From a virus (lineage: Duplodnaviria > Caudoviricetes), in the IMG/VR virus record IMGVR_UViG_3300032323_002612, positions 1 through 55,195 of that record: a stretch of DNA of 55,195 bases. One strand, 5' to 3'. A program made the position numbers and the translations under genes. Shown here piece by piece: positions 45,856-54,267 of the stretch. Under the pieces are notes generated by a model, which was given only the letters and a program-made list of their open reading frames with translations, did not search any database and had not been told where the DNA came from. Numbering within the stretch: position 1 is the first letter of the stretch; every line of letters starts with the position of its first letter.

Positions 45856-46090
45856 GGGATTTCTTTAGATTATACAGCACAAACAATTGATCCAGCAACT
45901 CCCGCATAGCCGGATCTGTTTCGCACATGGTCAGCACCGAATTTATTTCACTGGCATACTCACGCATGGACACACTGTTGCTGTCAGTCCAGCCAACCAT
46001 GCGTCGTTTGGTCTGACCCATTTCTCGAGCATAGATTCGATTGTCCACACGCTCGTAGATGTAGGTTGTGCCAGGAGTGAGATTACCCAT
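45848..46090 (-). CDS. Hypothetical protein
   Basis: 80 aa, translationally coupled. Confidence 0.7.
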   Translation of the reverse strand: MGNLTPGTTYIYERVDNRIYAREMGQTKRRMVGWTDSNSVSMREYASEINSVLTMCETDPAMRELLDQLFVLYNLKKSHE

Positions 46091-46425
46091 TAGTGATCTC
46101 TTTGTCCATTGAACACACAGTTAAACACCATGTTCATGTCACCATCGTTGATCACACGATGAAACGCACCATCAGGAATCAATATGATGTCGCCAGCATT
46201 GACTCTAAAACGTTGTTCGTCTACCAACATGATACCTGTGCCTTGCACAAAAAAGTAAACTTCTTCTTGTCCCACATGGCTGTGCCCACGAGTGGCTTGA
46301 CCTCGATACAGCTCTGTGCTGCTCAACACAAGACTTTTCAATGTCTTGTTGTCTTTGAGCAAGTAAGTATTGTTGTCTTTGACAACTTCTCCGCCAACAT
46401 CGTGTATAGTGTATTTGATATTCAT
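46090..46425 (-). CDS. Cupin-domain protein
   Basis: GHSH..QEEVYFF..G.G and GDIILIPDGAFHRV motifs. Confidence 0.85.
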   Translation of the reverse strand: MNIKYTIHDVGGEVVKDNNTYLLKDNKTLKSLVLSSTELYRGQATRGHSHVGQEEVYFFVQGTGIMLVDEQRFRVNAGDIILIPDGAFHRVINDGDMNMVFNCVFNGQRDH

Positions 46426-46426
46426 A

Positions 46427-46927
46427 TTACCAGGCCTTGTTGTAGTCTACGATTTCGCAGTTGCGACTGACGTCTTTTACAAAGTACACGCAGTCAGGTT
46501 CGGGATCGTCATTTAACGGCACTGCTAGCATTTGGCCGTTTTTGAGTTTGGGTGCGTACCACGACACTTCATGATAAACATCCAGGATTTCAATGTCAGG
46601 AAAACTGGGTCTGAAACTGGTCAATGGATTGAACTGAAATACTCGGAATCCTCGATCATTGATCGACGTCAATGGCAGCACTTCGAGATCACCTACTTCA
46701 GGTTCACCTATTAGGATCTGCCAATCCATGGGCATGCGAATTGTATTGTTGCCTATTCTTAGTACCAATGCAGGTGAATTGAAACTTTCTAAAAATATCA
46801 GTGGTATAAAATGATAGTCTGGATCCGTGGGCGTAGAGTTGTCGAGAATAGCAAATCGCATGTCATCAACTTCTTCTGGCAAGTGATCTAGGTCGTAGTG
46901 TTTGTTGTCTAAGGTTAAAATTCTCAT
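46427..46927 (-). CDS. Hypothetical protein (possible degenerate Hint-like fold)
   Basis: 166 aa from ATG 46927; own TTGACA-N17-TACACT promoter. Confidence 0.7.
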   Translation of the reverse strand: MRILTLDNKHYDLDHLPEEVDDMRFAILDNSTPTDPDYHFIPLIFLESFNSPALVLRIGNNTIRMPMDWQILIGEPEVGDLEVLPLTSINDRGFRVFQFNPLTSFRPSFPDIEILDVYHEVSWYAPKLKNGQMLAVPLNDDPEPDCVYFVKDVSRNCEIVDYNKAW

Positions 46928-46935
46928 ATGTAGTA

Positions 46936-46964
46936 AGTGTATATGGCCGGACATCAAATGTCAA
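46936..46964 (-). promoter_or_regulatory. Promoter TTGACA-N17-TACACT, 8 nt before ATG
   Basis: Plus strand reads agtgta at 46936-46941 and tgtcaa at 46959-46964. Confidence 0.65.
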
Positions 46965-48430
46965 GCAATTTTCATCCAATCCAGTTTCTCAGCAGTGAAC
47001 GGATAGTTGGCTTCTTTGTAGAACTGTTTGCGTTTGGTCAAGTGACGCTTGGCAAACTTGCAGGTCGATGTCACGTCCCAGATCTGAACATGGTCTTTGT
47101 CTTCCGCTTTACGTATGCCACGACCAATACTCTGAATAACTCTAACAAAACTCTTGCCAGGCTCAACAAGAACCAAATTAAAAATACGGGGGATATTAAT
47201 ACCAACAGCAGCCACTCCATATGTGGCCACAATGATTTTGTCCGTTGCCTCAGCCACTTGATCATATTCATCTTGACGGTCTTTTGATTTGGTTGCTCCT
47301 GACACAAACACTGCTTTGTCACCCAAGCGGGCCACTAGTTCTGTGCCTGCTGCCACACGATCAACCAGCACTAGAGTATTGCCTGTTTCGTTGATTTGCA
47401 GAATCAACCCTGCCATGGCATCCAGCCGACCTTTTTCCTCCAGCAAGTATTTAAGCTCGCTTTGATAGTTGCTGAACTCCACATGGTCCAGCAGTTGTAC
47501 AATGTTCACATGGCATTGTGCCAACACTCCACGGTCCTGCAATTCGCTGGCACTGAGCTTGCTGATAACTGGACCCAAGCTCACCAACAGGCTTTGGCTT
47601 TCAAACTTTTCTTTGGGCACTGTGCCTGTAAGACCCCAACGAATTGGCACTCGCGACATCACGCCTGTGAGCATGGTCTTGAGTGCATCGGCTTTGGCCA
47701 TGTGTACTTCGTCCACTATGACACATACCACACCTTCCATAAAGTCCAATATGGTAAAGTCTGCTGTACCGCTGGATGTGTTTTTCATCAACACGTTGAG
47801 ACTTTGCCATGTACAAATGGTGTGCGTTTTGCCCAGCTCTTTGCGATCACCAAAGTACACGCCCACATCAAGCCCTAGATTGATGTAGTCCTTTTCGGTT
47901 TGTCGCACAAGGTCTTTGTTGGGCACAATAATGATTGAACGCCCATACTTCTGCACGTTCCAACTCAAGGCCGCTGTCATTAGAGTCTTGCCTGCACCTG
48001 TGGCCACTTCTTGAATACACTGCGGATTCTGCAAGTAGTTGTTGACAATTTCCACTTGGTAGTCACGCAACATCACAGGTTGGCCTGCCATGGGATGGCC
48101 CACAGGCCACAGTGTATGCTGGAATGTGTCTTCCCGCATGGCCTCAAACTCAAATGTATTGGAGTAGTCACGCTGATCATCTAGCTCAATGTCGTAGTCG
48201 TACTGCTCCAGGATGGGAATGATCTCGGGCAATAAGTTGATGTAGCTAGATCCGCCCAGCTGAAAGTAGGCCACTTTGCCATCCCAACGGCCCAGTCGCA
48301 CAGCAGGTTGATACCGTGCTCCAGGAATTTCATACTTGAATGTGTTGACTAGTTTTTTGCGGCAGTCAAGATCCAGGCCCTCGATCTTGATGTTTACTTC
48401 GTCTTTAATAATTATTGTTGCTTGTTTCAT
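46961..48430 (-). CDS. uvsW: UvsW-like superfamily 2 DNA helicase
   Basis: WDGKVAYF, LRDYQ, ATGAGKT, DEVH, GLTGT and QSIGRGIR motifs. Confidence 0.88.
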   Translation of the reverse strand: MKQATIIIKDEVNIKIEGLDLDCRKKLVNTFKYEIPGARYQPAVRLGRWDGKVAYFQLGGSSYINLLPEIIPILEQYDYDIELDDQRDYSNTFEFEAMREDTFQHTLWPVGHPMAGQPVMLRDYQVEIVNNYLQNPQCIQEVATGAGKTLMTAALSWNVQKYGRSIIIVPNKDLVRQTEKDYINLGLDVGVYFGDRKELGKTHTICTWQSLNVLMKNTSSGTADFTILDFMEGVVCVIVDEVHMAKADALKTMLTGVMSRVPIRWGLTGTVPKEKFESQSLLVSLGPVISKLSASELQDRGVLAQCHVNIVQLLDHVEFSNYQSELKYLLEEKGRLDAMAGLILQINETGNTLVLVDRVAAGTELVARLGDKAVFVSGATKSKDRQDEYDQVAEATDKIIVATYGVAAVGINIPRIFNLVLVEPGKSFVRVIQSIGRGIRKAEDKDHVQIWDVTSTCKFAKRHLTKRKQFYKEANYPFTAEKLDWMKIA

Positions 48431-48437
48431 ATGTTAT

Positions 48438-48466
48438 ATATTACACTGTTGCTTTCGCAAAGTCAA
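48438..48466 (-). promoter_or_regulatory. Promoter TTGACT-N17-TAATAT, 7 nt before the uvsW ATG
   Basis: Plus strand reads atatta at 48438-48443 and agtcaa at 48461-48466; no SD. Confidence 0.65.
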
Positions 48467-48495
48467 AAAAACAGGTACCTTTTTAGGGGTACCTG
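48465..48495 (-). terminator. Intrinsic terminator CAGGTACC..GGTACCTG-T7
   Basis: Minus strand caggtacccctaaaaaggtacctgttttttt. Confidence 0.85.
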
Positions 48496-48560
48496 CTGTA
48501 AAGCCTGGGCCGGAGCCAACCGTATAATGCCCAGGAAAAAAGGAATCAAAATGAACTACA
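48472..48560 (-). ncRNA. Candidate anti-RBS small RNA / 3'UTR regulator
   Basis: CCUGGGC/GCCCAGG stem with loop GGUUGGCUCC and 5' flank CAUUUUGAUUCCUUUUU, both antisense to early-gene RBSs; ends in a terminator. Confidence 0.55.
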
Positions 48561-48561
48561 T

Positions 48562-48666
48562 CTACTCTGCTACTACCACTTGAAAACCCTGTTGCTGTTG
48601 TTCGTCTGCTTCATGCTGGCTGTCTACAACGAACAAAAACAAATCACCATCCCAAATTTCAAACAT
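48562..48666 (-). CDS. Small acidic protein (34 aa)
   Basis: Manual translation MFEIWDGDLFLFVVDSQHEADEQQQQGFQVVVAE; TAAGGA SD. Confidence 0.6.
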   Translation of the reverse strand: MFEIWDGDLFLFVVDSQHEADEQQQQGFQVVVAE

Positions 48667-48674
48667 ACTGTTCC

Positions 48675-48827
48675 TTAAAGAATTGAGTTAGCGGCCGCTG
48701 CCGCGTTCCAGGCACTGAAAAAGATATTGACCCATCCCAGTTTGTTGTGGCCGTTTTCAAAGTCACGCTGGGCCCAGGTCCACAAAAGCCAAGCCGCCAA
48801 AATGTTAACGATTGTCCAAGCAGTCAT
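48675..48827 (-). CDS. Small membrane protein (50 aa)
   Basis: Manual translation MTAWTIVNILAAWLLWTWAQRDFENGHNKLGWVNIFFSAWNAAAAANSIL; ATGA overlap. Confidence 0.6.
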   Translation of the reverse strand: MTAWTIVNILAAWLLWTWAQRDFENGHNKLGWVNIFFSAWNAAAAANSIL

Positions 48828-48931
48828 GACATCACCGCAACCAAAAAGATAAAAAATGCCGCAACAGGATAACCAAACAACAAGGCCATCATGGCAAGTA
48901 TGGTGCCAAAGAAAGCCTTGTCGCTACCCAT
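48824..48931 (-). CDS. Small membrane peptide (35 aa)
   Basis: Manual translation MGSDKAFFGTILAMMALLFGYPVAAFFIFLVAVMS; TGATG coupling. Confidence 0.6.
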   Translation of the reverse strand: MGSDKAFFGTILAMMALLFGYPVAAFFIFLVAVMS

Positions 48932-49173
48932 CACATGCCACCATTCTTCAACAAGTGCATTGTGACATCCGCTGCCGGCACTTGCACCATTTCCCGGCTG
49001 TACTTTTGCACAGGTCGGGATGTTTTGCTGGCTGGATAGATCTTGATCTTTACATAACCATGATCCGAAGGTGTTGGGCGACCCAATGCAGTGACTTGAT
49101 AAAGATTGGCGTAGAACACCACAAAGTCACCCACTGCAAGATTGCGACCCAACATATCCTTCATATCAAGCAC
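48931..49173 (-). CDS. Hypothetical protein
   Basis: KDMLGRNLAVGDFVV pattern; coupled to its neighbours. Confidence 0.65.
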   Translation of the reverse strand: MLDMKDMLGRNLAVGDFVVFYANLYQVTALGRPTPSDHGYVKIKIYPASKTSRPVQKYSREMVQVPAADVTMHLLKNGGM

Positions 49174-50185
49174 TCTTCATGCAAGTTGTTTCTGCCAGTC
49201 GCTTCCAGTTCAGCACACTCATCTTGCGAAGATCTGCAATCTTGATTGCCATACGCAGGCTCACTTCACGCAGGCGATTCTGGTTGGCGTCCATGAAGTC
49301 AATGATGTCGTCTTGAACTTCTGGAGCAAAGTCATAGTCTGCAAACAACACACCGTCTTTGGCAATCTGCTTGATACGCAACAGTTTGTCACGCATGGTG
49401 TCCAGGGTCAAGTCCAGGTAGTGGCAACGGCTTTGCAGTGCATCCAAGTGATCCCGCAGTTTCTGCGACTTCATCTTGTCAAACTTCAAGTTGGTGATAA
49501 AGATGGCACTACCTTTGAACTCAAAACTGTCTGGAATGCCTTCGCGACGCAGGCTGCTGGATTCGCTCAACCAGGAGATCTTGCGCTTCTTGCCAGAGTC
49601 CAGGGCACCTTTCAGCAAGTTCAGTGCAACGTCATCCAGCAAGATGCTGTCGCAGTCGTCAAACACAACCACGCAGTTAGAGTCTGAATACTTGTAGAGA
49701 GTTTGGTACAGGCCGATGGGAGTTGCTGAGCCTTTGACAACTTCGGCACGCAGTCGCTTGCCAGCCAGTTTGTCAAACATAGTGGCCTTGTCAATTTCTT
49801 GCTCAACGCCAAAGCTCTTGCCCACGCCAGGAGGGCCGCTCACAATCATGGCACGGATGTCGCCACTCACAGTGGCCTTGGTCATTTCGTGCAGGATGTC
49901 AAAACGCTCACGGATACGATCCATGGCTTGTTCATCAGTTTCTGCGGCACGGGTGGGTTCTGGTACTGCGGTAGGTTCTGTAGTCATGCCGTTAGTGTAC
50001 TCGATATCTGCGATGTTGTCAACACGAATACGGATAGTGTCGGGGCACTTGGGGAAATGTCCAGAATTTTTCACTGTGACATAGCTGCCTTTGGCACCAG
50101 ATTGAAAACCAGACACCAGTTCAAATGTGGTGTTCTGAACAGTGTTGCCACGGTAGTTACCGTTAAGGACTCGAATTGCACTCAT
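49166..50185 (-). CDS. AAA+ ATPase
   Basis: GPPGVGKS (Walker A), VVVFDDCD (Walker B), FITN and ALQSRC (Arg finger). Confidence 0.85.
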   Translation of the reverse strand: MSAIRVLNGNYRGNTVQNTTFELVSGFQSGAKGSYVTVKNSGHFPKCPDTIRIRVDNIADIEYTNGMTTEPTAVPEPTRAAETDEQAMDRIRERFDILHEMTKATVSGDIRAMIVSGPPGVGKSFGVEQEIDKATMFDKLAGKRLRAEVVKGSATPIGLYQTLYKYSDSNCVVVFDDCDSILLDDVALNLLKGALDSGKKRKISWLSESSSLRREGIPDSFEFKGSAIFITNLKFDKMKSQKLRDHLDALQSRCHYLDLTLDTMRDKLLRIKQIAKDGVLFADYDFAPEVQDDIIDFMDANQNRLREVSLRMAIKIADLRKMSVLNWKRLAETTCMKSA

Positions 50186-50231
50186 GGTTGGCTCCTTTAG
50201 TGTGCGGTTGAAGTTTACTGTCTATGCTGTT

Positions 50232-50260
50232 ATTATAGCAAAATGGCGATTATTGGTCAA
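50232..50260 (-). promoter_or_regulatory. Early promoter TTGACC-N17-TATAAT
   Basis: 32-bp block (50231-50262) identical to the copy at 50417-50448. Confidence 0.85.
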
Positions 50261-50387
50261 CCATTTGTTCTGCCAGTACTTGTGGCGTAATTACAACACC
50301 ACCGTAGCATTGTTGGTACAATTCTGCAACACTTTTCAGGAAAAAAGTGTATACTTTACCATTACCAGCAATCAATGTGTACTGCAT
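50250..50387 (-). CDS. Small early protein (45 aa)
   Basis: Manual translation MQYTLIAGNGKVYTFFLKSVAELYQQCYGGVVITPQVLAEQMVDQ; AAGGA SD, between two promoters. Confidence 0.65.
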   Translation of the reverse strand: MQYTLIAGNGKVYTFFLKSVAELYQQCYGGVVITPQVLAEQMVDQ

Positions 50388-50417
50388 TATGATTCCTTTT
50401 TGCTTTGCTATACGAGT

Positions 50418-50446
50418 ATTATAGCAAAATGGCGATTATTGGTCAA
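50418..50446 (-). promoter_or_regulatory. Early promoter TTGACC-N17-TATAAT
   Basis: Minus strand ggTTGACCaataatcgccattttgcTATAAT. Confidence 0.85.
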
Positions 50447-50451
50447 CCTTT

Positions 50452-50655
50452 TTACTGCTTTTTCAGCAAATCAAAGATTTGATTTTGCAGTTCGTTGACC
50501 TGATCCAACTCAACATAAAAGTCTGTAGTAGGATCGTAGTACATTCCTTCACGAACATCATAGTACAAGACCTGCCCGTTGGGGTAGTGAAATGGGCCTT
50601 CCAAGCCTTTGCGGGGACCGTACTCTTTGGCGTTTTTAAAAACCACATAAGACAT
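50452..50655 (-). CDS. Hypothetical early protein
   Basis: GLEGPF...VLYYD..EG.YYDP.TDFY motif; AAGGAG SD. Confidence 0.75.
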   Translation of the reverse strand: MSYVVFKNAKEYGPRKGLEGPFHYPNGQVLYYDVREGMYYDPTTDFYVELDQVNELQNQIFDLLKKQ

Positions 50656-50684
50656 ATCAGCTCCTTGTTGTGTTGTATGTCCTA

Positions 50685-50713
50685 ATTATAGCAAATTGGC
50701 AAATTTTGGTCAA
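50685..50713 (-). promoter_or_regulatory. Early promoter TTGACC-N17-TATAAT
   Basis: Minus strand ggTTGACCaaaatttgccaatttgcTATAAT. Confidence 0.85.
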
Positions 50714-50988
50714 CCTAAAGAAAGTAGTACTAAAGTTAAATCTGACTCCCTGCGGAATGTGATCCAGTAGGGCCTGCCAATATCACGATCATAGCGACTG
50801 TTTCGTTCGCCGTAGTATGAATACCAGTCATGTTCACGCAACCAGCCACCGCCTTTTAATCGATCGCGACAGACTTTTTCAACCGCTCGAATTTTGTCAC
50901 TGTTCCAGCCGTTGTAAAACTTCAAGGCCACAACATGCCCATGGTCTCGGAACTGGCGGAATCTGCGATTGAGTTTGACTATTTTCAT
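50710..50988 (-). CDS. Hypothetical protein (leaderless)
   Basis: ATG 50988 lies 6 nt after TATAAT. Confidence 0.65.
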   Translation of the reverse strand: MKIVKLNRRFRQFRDHGHVVALKFYNGWNSDKIRAVEKVCRDRLKGGGWLREHDWYSYYGERNSRYDRDIGRPYWITFRRESDLTLVLLSLG

Positions 50989-50994
50989 GTGCCA

Positions 50995-51023
50995 ATTATA
51001 ACACTGACACATTTATTGGTCAA
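50995..51023 (-). promoter_or_regulatory. Promoter TTGACC-N17-TATAAT
   Basis: Plus strand reads attata at 50995-51000 and ggtcaa at 51018-51023. Confidence 0.8.
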
Positions 51024-51761
51024 TTAGCACCAAAGTTTTACGATTTCAGGATCAGTGATCTTGTGGGGTTTGGGATTGCCGTGAAACACCAGCACACTGG
51101 CATCGCCACTGATTACCGTGCCTGTGCCTGGACGACGATGTACTCTGTGTGCAAAATCGTAGCCACCATCTAGACACTGCCAACGCCAGCTTTGAACAAG
51201 GTGCTGGTCAAAGTAGCGTATGCGGTTGTGACCCAGAGCTGCCTGTATGTAATCTTGATCCCCCGGATATCTGCGTGTGACTTCATTGATGTTTTCTCTG
51301 CTGAAATTGTGCCACACATCGCCAAACGTGGGCACATGCCACCACATGATGCTACTGTTTAGAGTCAGCTTGTTGGGATTCTGTAGATATTTGAAATCAT
51401 GTATGCCCCACAAGTATTTGGGATCCAGACTCGGTATCCATCCAAGATCCCGCACAATCACAGTGTCAAGGTCAAAGTACAGCATGTTGCCTTGATGATG
51501 ACGGGGATCAAATAATTGCAGCTTGTACCACCAACTGCGTCTAGGTCCCGACACCCCAGGCCATGCAACAAGATCGTGTCGTATCATGTGATCAGGAACT
51601 GGCCGTTCTGCTTCAGTATAAACATGCATGCGAATGCCCTGAGGTATGTTTCGCTGTAGCATGTTGTACAATCGATCCACATACACCCAGTCGTAGCCAG
51701 TGCCATGTATCACACATGCACAGTCTACAGGTTCAGTGCCGGTGCTAGTCTGGTGAGCCAT
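51024..51761 (-). CDS. GT-A glycosyltransferase (GT8-like)
   Basis: WWYKLQLF, YFDLDTVI, NSSIM, GDQDYI and VFHGNPKP motifs. Confidence 0.8.
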   Translation of the reverse strand: MAHQTSTGTEPVDCACVIHGTGYDWVYVDRLYNMLQRNIPQGIRMHVYTEAERPVPDHMIRHDLVAWPGVSGPRRSWWYKLQLFDPRHHQGNMLYFDLDTVIVRDLGWIPSLDPKYLWGIHDFKYLQNPNKLTLNSSIMWWHVPTFGDVWHNFSRENINEVTRRYPGDQDYIQAALGHNRIRYFDQHLVQSWRWQCLDGGYDFAHRVHRRPGTGTVISGDASVLVFHGNPKPHKITDPEIVKLWC

Positions 51762-52561
51762 AGTCCTGCTTTGATTTCTTCTACGGTATATTCTGTGTGG
51801 CAAATCTGTGTGAGCCACAGATCTCTATTCACAGTGTAGGGTTTTTCAATGTCTGCATACTGCACAGATACTGGTTCTGCCAAACTGGTTTCATCCACAA
51901 CGGGACGTACACCTGCAATGGCTGCTTGAATGCCTGGGCCTGAATTGTAATTGACCACAGCATGACAGTTGAAGTGCATGTCATAATTGTCGTAGGTATT
52001 GGGCACACGCTGTGGTTGTTGTACTGCAATGCCTGCGGGCAATGCGATGCGGCATCTAGGATGCGGACGCACCACTATTGAGCGATCTGTGTGTTGCCGT
52101 AGCGTGGTCACTGTATCTTGCACCCATTGTGTCATGTTGGCAATAGCTTCAACCTGCAGGCTTTTGACATGTTGTAGTGCAATCACAATCTCAGGTGTGG
52201 TCATTGTCTGTGTGGCCAAACTGATACCTAACTTGCGAGGACGATCCCAGTCCAATCGAGTCTGATGCCCATAATAGCCTTCGGCAGTGACATTGTTCAC
52301 AGAGATCTTCCAGGTGTTGCCACGATACAGTGCACCCACTTCCACAACGATCACTGGCAAACCCAAAGATCTATAGTGAGCATGCACTGCTTGATTGGCG
52401 GCCATGCGACCCGACCACAACACACTCCAAATCACTGCGGCATCTGCACACCAGGAATTCTCTTGCGTTTCATGACCGGCTGCTTGCAAACAGTCCAGCA
52501 CAGCCTCCATCACAGGTCTGCCATTGAGTGCAACTTGACCGGGAAAGTAGGCAATTTTCAT
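51725..52561 (-). CDS. Capsule-biosynthesis-type (GT-B-like) protein
   Basis: VVRPHPR and VNYNSGPGIQAAIAGV motifs. Confidence 0.7.
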   Translation of the reverse strand: MKIAYFPGQVALNGRPVMEAVLDCLQAAGHETQENSWCADAAVIWSVLWSGRMAANQAVHAHYRSLGLPVIVVEVGALYRGNTWKISVNNVTAEGYYGHQTRLDWDRPRKLGISLATQTMTTPEIVIALQHVKSLQVEAIANMTQWVQDTVTTLRQHTDRSIVVRPHPRCRIALPAGIAVQQPQRVPNTYDNYDMHFNCHAVVNYNSGPGIQAAIAGVRPVVDETSLAEPVSVQYADIEKPYTVNRDLWLTQICHTEYTVEEIKAGLWLTRLAPALNL

Positions 52562-52592
52562 ACAGGATATTTAAGCTAGTAAATACCCCAAT

Positions 52593-53387
52593 ATGATATT
52601 ACCCACAATGCACGGTGCTATGGCACCAGTAGACTTTTTCATTTACAGTGCTTGCGACTCATCTTACTTTGACGAGTTTGCTGGATCCTTGGTTGGCAGC
52701 ATACAGGCCAACAGTGTAGACCATTTGCACTTGCACATATTCAATCCGCGTCAGGACCAACTGGCATGGTGTGCCACACAGCCCAGGCTCAGTGTCAGCT
52801 ATGAACATGTGGACTTGTCAGCATTTGATGCTGCTGCCGAATACTGGAACCAGCCGCTGACTGACACTGTATCCAAGTCTAGACTGGAACGCACTCGTAA
52901 TGCCATGAAAAAAGGACAGGATCGTGATCTGCATCATCGCATGCAAAAAACCTACTATGCTTGTGCAAGGTTTATTAGACTGGCTGAATTGGCACCTGCA
53001 ACATCGTTCATGAGCATGGATGTAGACGCTGTGGTTCGTGCACCAATACCCAGACTTGGTCAAGAACACGACTTTTATTTGCACAAGATCACAGGAGCCA
53101 AGGCTCGCATACTAGCTGGGGGCATGTATCTACACTGTCAAGGACGTAGTCAGCAGTTTTTAACTGAGTACAGTCAGACACTGAGATCCAGTCTAGAAAG
53201 TGATTGCATTTATTGGGGTCTGGACCAAGACATCCTGGATCAAGTTGTGCCACGCTATGACAGCGGTCACTTGCCTATCAGCATGATTGACTGGGACATG
53301 AGACCCAACAGCGTGATATGGACCGCCAAAGGCACACGCAAGGACTTGCCGCAATTTATCGCCGAGCAGAAGCGATATAGTTCTTGA
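52593..53387 (+). CDS. Putative nucleotide-sugar transferase (GT-A)
   Basis: YYACARF, MDVDAVV, WGLDQDIL and WTAKG motifs. Confidence 0.7.
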   Translation: MILPTMHGAMAPVDFFIYSACDSSYFDEFAGSLVGSIQANSVDHLHLHIFNPRQDQLAWCATQPRLSVSYEHVDLSAFDAAAEYWNQPLTDTVSKSRLERTRNAMKKGQDRDLHHRMQKTYYACARFIRLAELAPATSFMSMDVDAVVRAPIPRLGQEHDFYLHKITGAKARILAGGMYLHCQGRSQQFLTEYSQTLRSSLESDCIYWGLDQDILDQVVPRYDSGHLPISMIDWDMRPNSVIWTAKGTRKDLPQFIAEQKRYSS

Positions 53388-54267
53388 TAGCAGCCCACAA
53401 CTGACCTGAACGCACTTCGTCATTGCTCCAGTGTATGTTGGCAATTCGATGAGCCCAGTCAGTGCGATCTGGCATAGGCGGATTATCTATTTGAGTTATG
53501 TCAGTAAACGCCACGTCTGCAGCCCAGCTATGAACAGTGTCTTCGATATAGCCTGGTACGCCTTCTATGGCAGCAACTACATTAGGTGTTGAGTTGATGC
53601 CCACAGTGCACCAACAGTTGACCAAAGCATCACGAATGTTGGCATGTTCGCTGATGGTGACTGCGGCCCCGTACTTTTTCTGTATCTTTTCTATTTGCTT
53701 GAAACGTGTGCCGTCGCCTGGATGCATGCGAATCATGATGGGCCGAGAACTGTATTTGCGAATACGTTTAATGATCTTGTCCAACCAAACTTCTTGGTCT
53801 GTGAACATGTTGAAACCCTTGGGACGCTGACAAAGAACCAGAATATGATTGCCTGTGGTACGCCAGGGCTTCAACTCAGTGTTGTGCCATCCAGCAAATC
53901 TATCCCATTTGGTATTATCTATGTTGCCAAAGAAGTAGGTGCCTGAGTCGGGGTACACCGAGTTAAGGCTATAGCGATGCCATTCATGTTCTGACCTAGC
54001 ATAGTGCAAGATATTGCTGTCCACAAACACACTGGGAGTTTTTTGCAGTCGCAGTTGATCAATGATTTTGCGGCGAAAATTGTCTTCTAGAGTGTAGCCC
54101 AACACAAAGCCAGCATCCAGTTTCTGATCAGGCAGTCGATTGTCTCTGTAATCTACTACTTCATCACCGTGTGCTCGAACACCAGCAGCAAAGTTGTCCA
54201 TCAACATGACCTTGTTTGAAAACTTAGCAGGATTGGATATGGAGTTGTAAAATATTCCTACTTTCAT
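53356..54267 (-). CDS. Capsule-biosynthesis-type (GT-B-like) protein
   Basis: IRMHPGD and NSTPNVVAAIEGVP motifs; same architecture as 51725-52561. Confidence 0.7.
   Translation of the reverse strand: MKVGIFYNSISNPAKFSNKVMLMDNFAAGVRAHGDEVVDYRDNRLPDQKLDAGFVLGYTLEDNFRRKIIDQLRLQKTPSVFVDSNILHYARSEHEWHRYSLNSVYPDSGTYFFGNIDNTKWDRFAGWHNTELKPWRTTGNHILVLCQRPKGFNMFTDQEVWLDKIIKRIRKYSSRPIMIRMHPGDGTRFKQIEKIQKKYGAAVTISEHANIRDALVNCWCTVGINSTPNVVAAIEGVPGYIEDTVHSWAADVAFTDITQIDNPPMPDRTDWAHRIANIHWSNDEVRSGQLWAAIKNYIASARR

Noticed and set aside
48523-48583. Plus-strand TATAAT, SD and ATG as a gene
   Set aside because: It yields only a 10-codon ORF with no -35; it is better explained as the antisense image of an RBS.
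50231-50713. Repeated ~32-bp sequences as a CRISPR array
   Set aside because: The repeats are -35/-10 promoters separated by 150-240 bp coding segments, not uniform spacers, and there are no cas genes.
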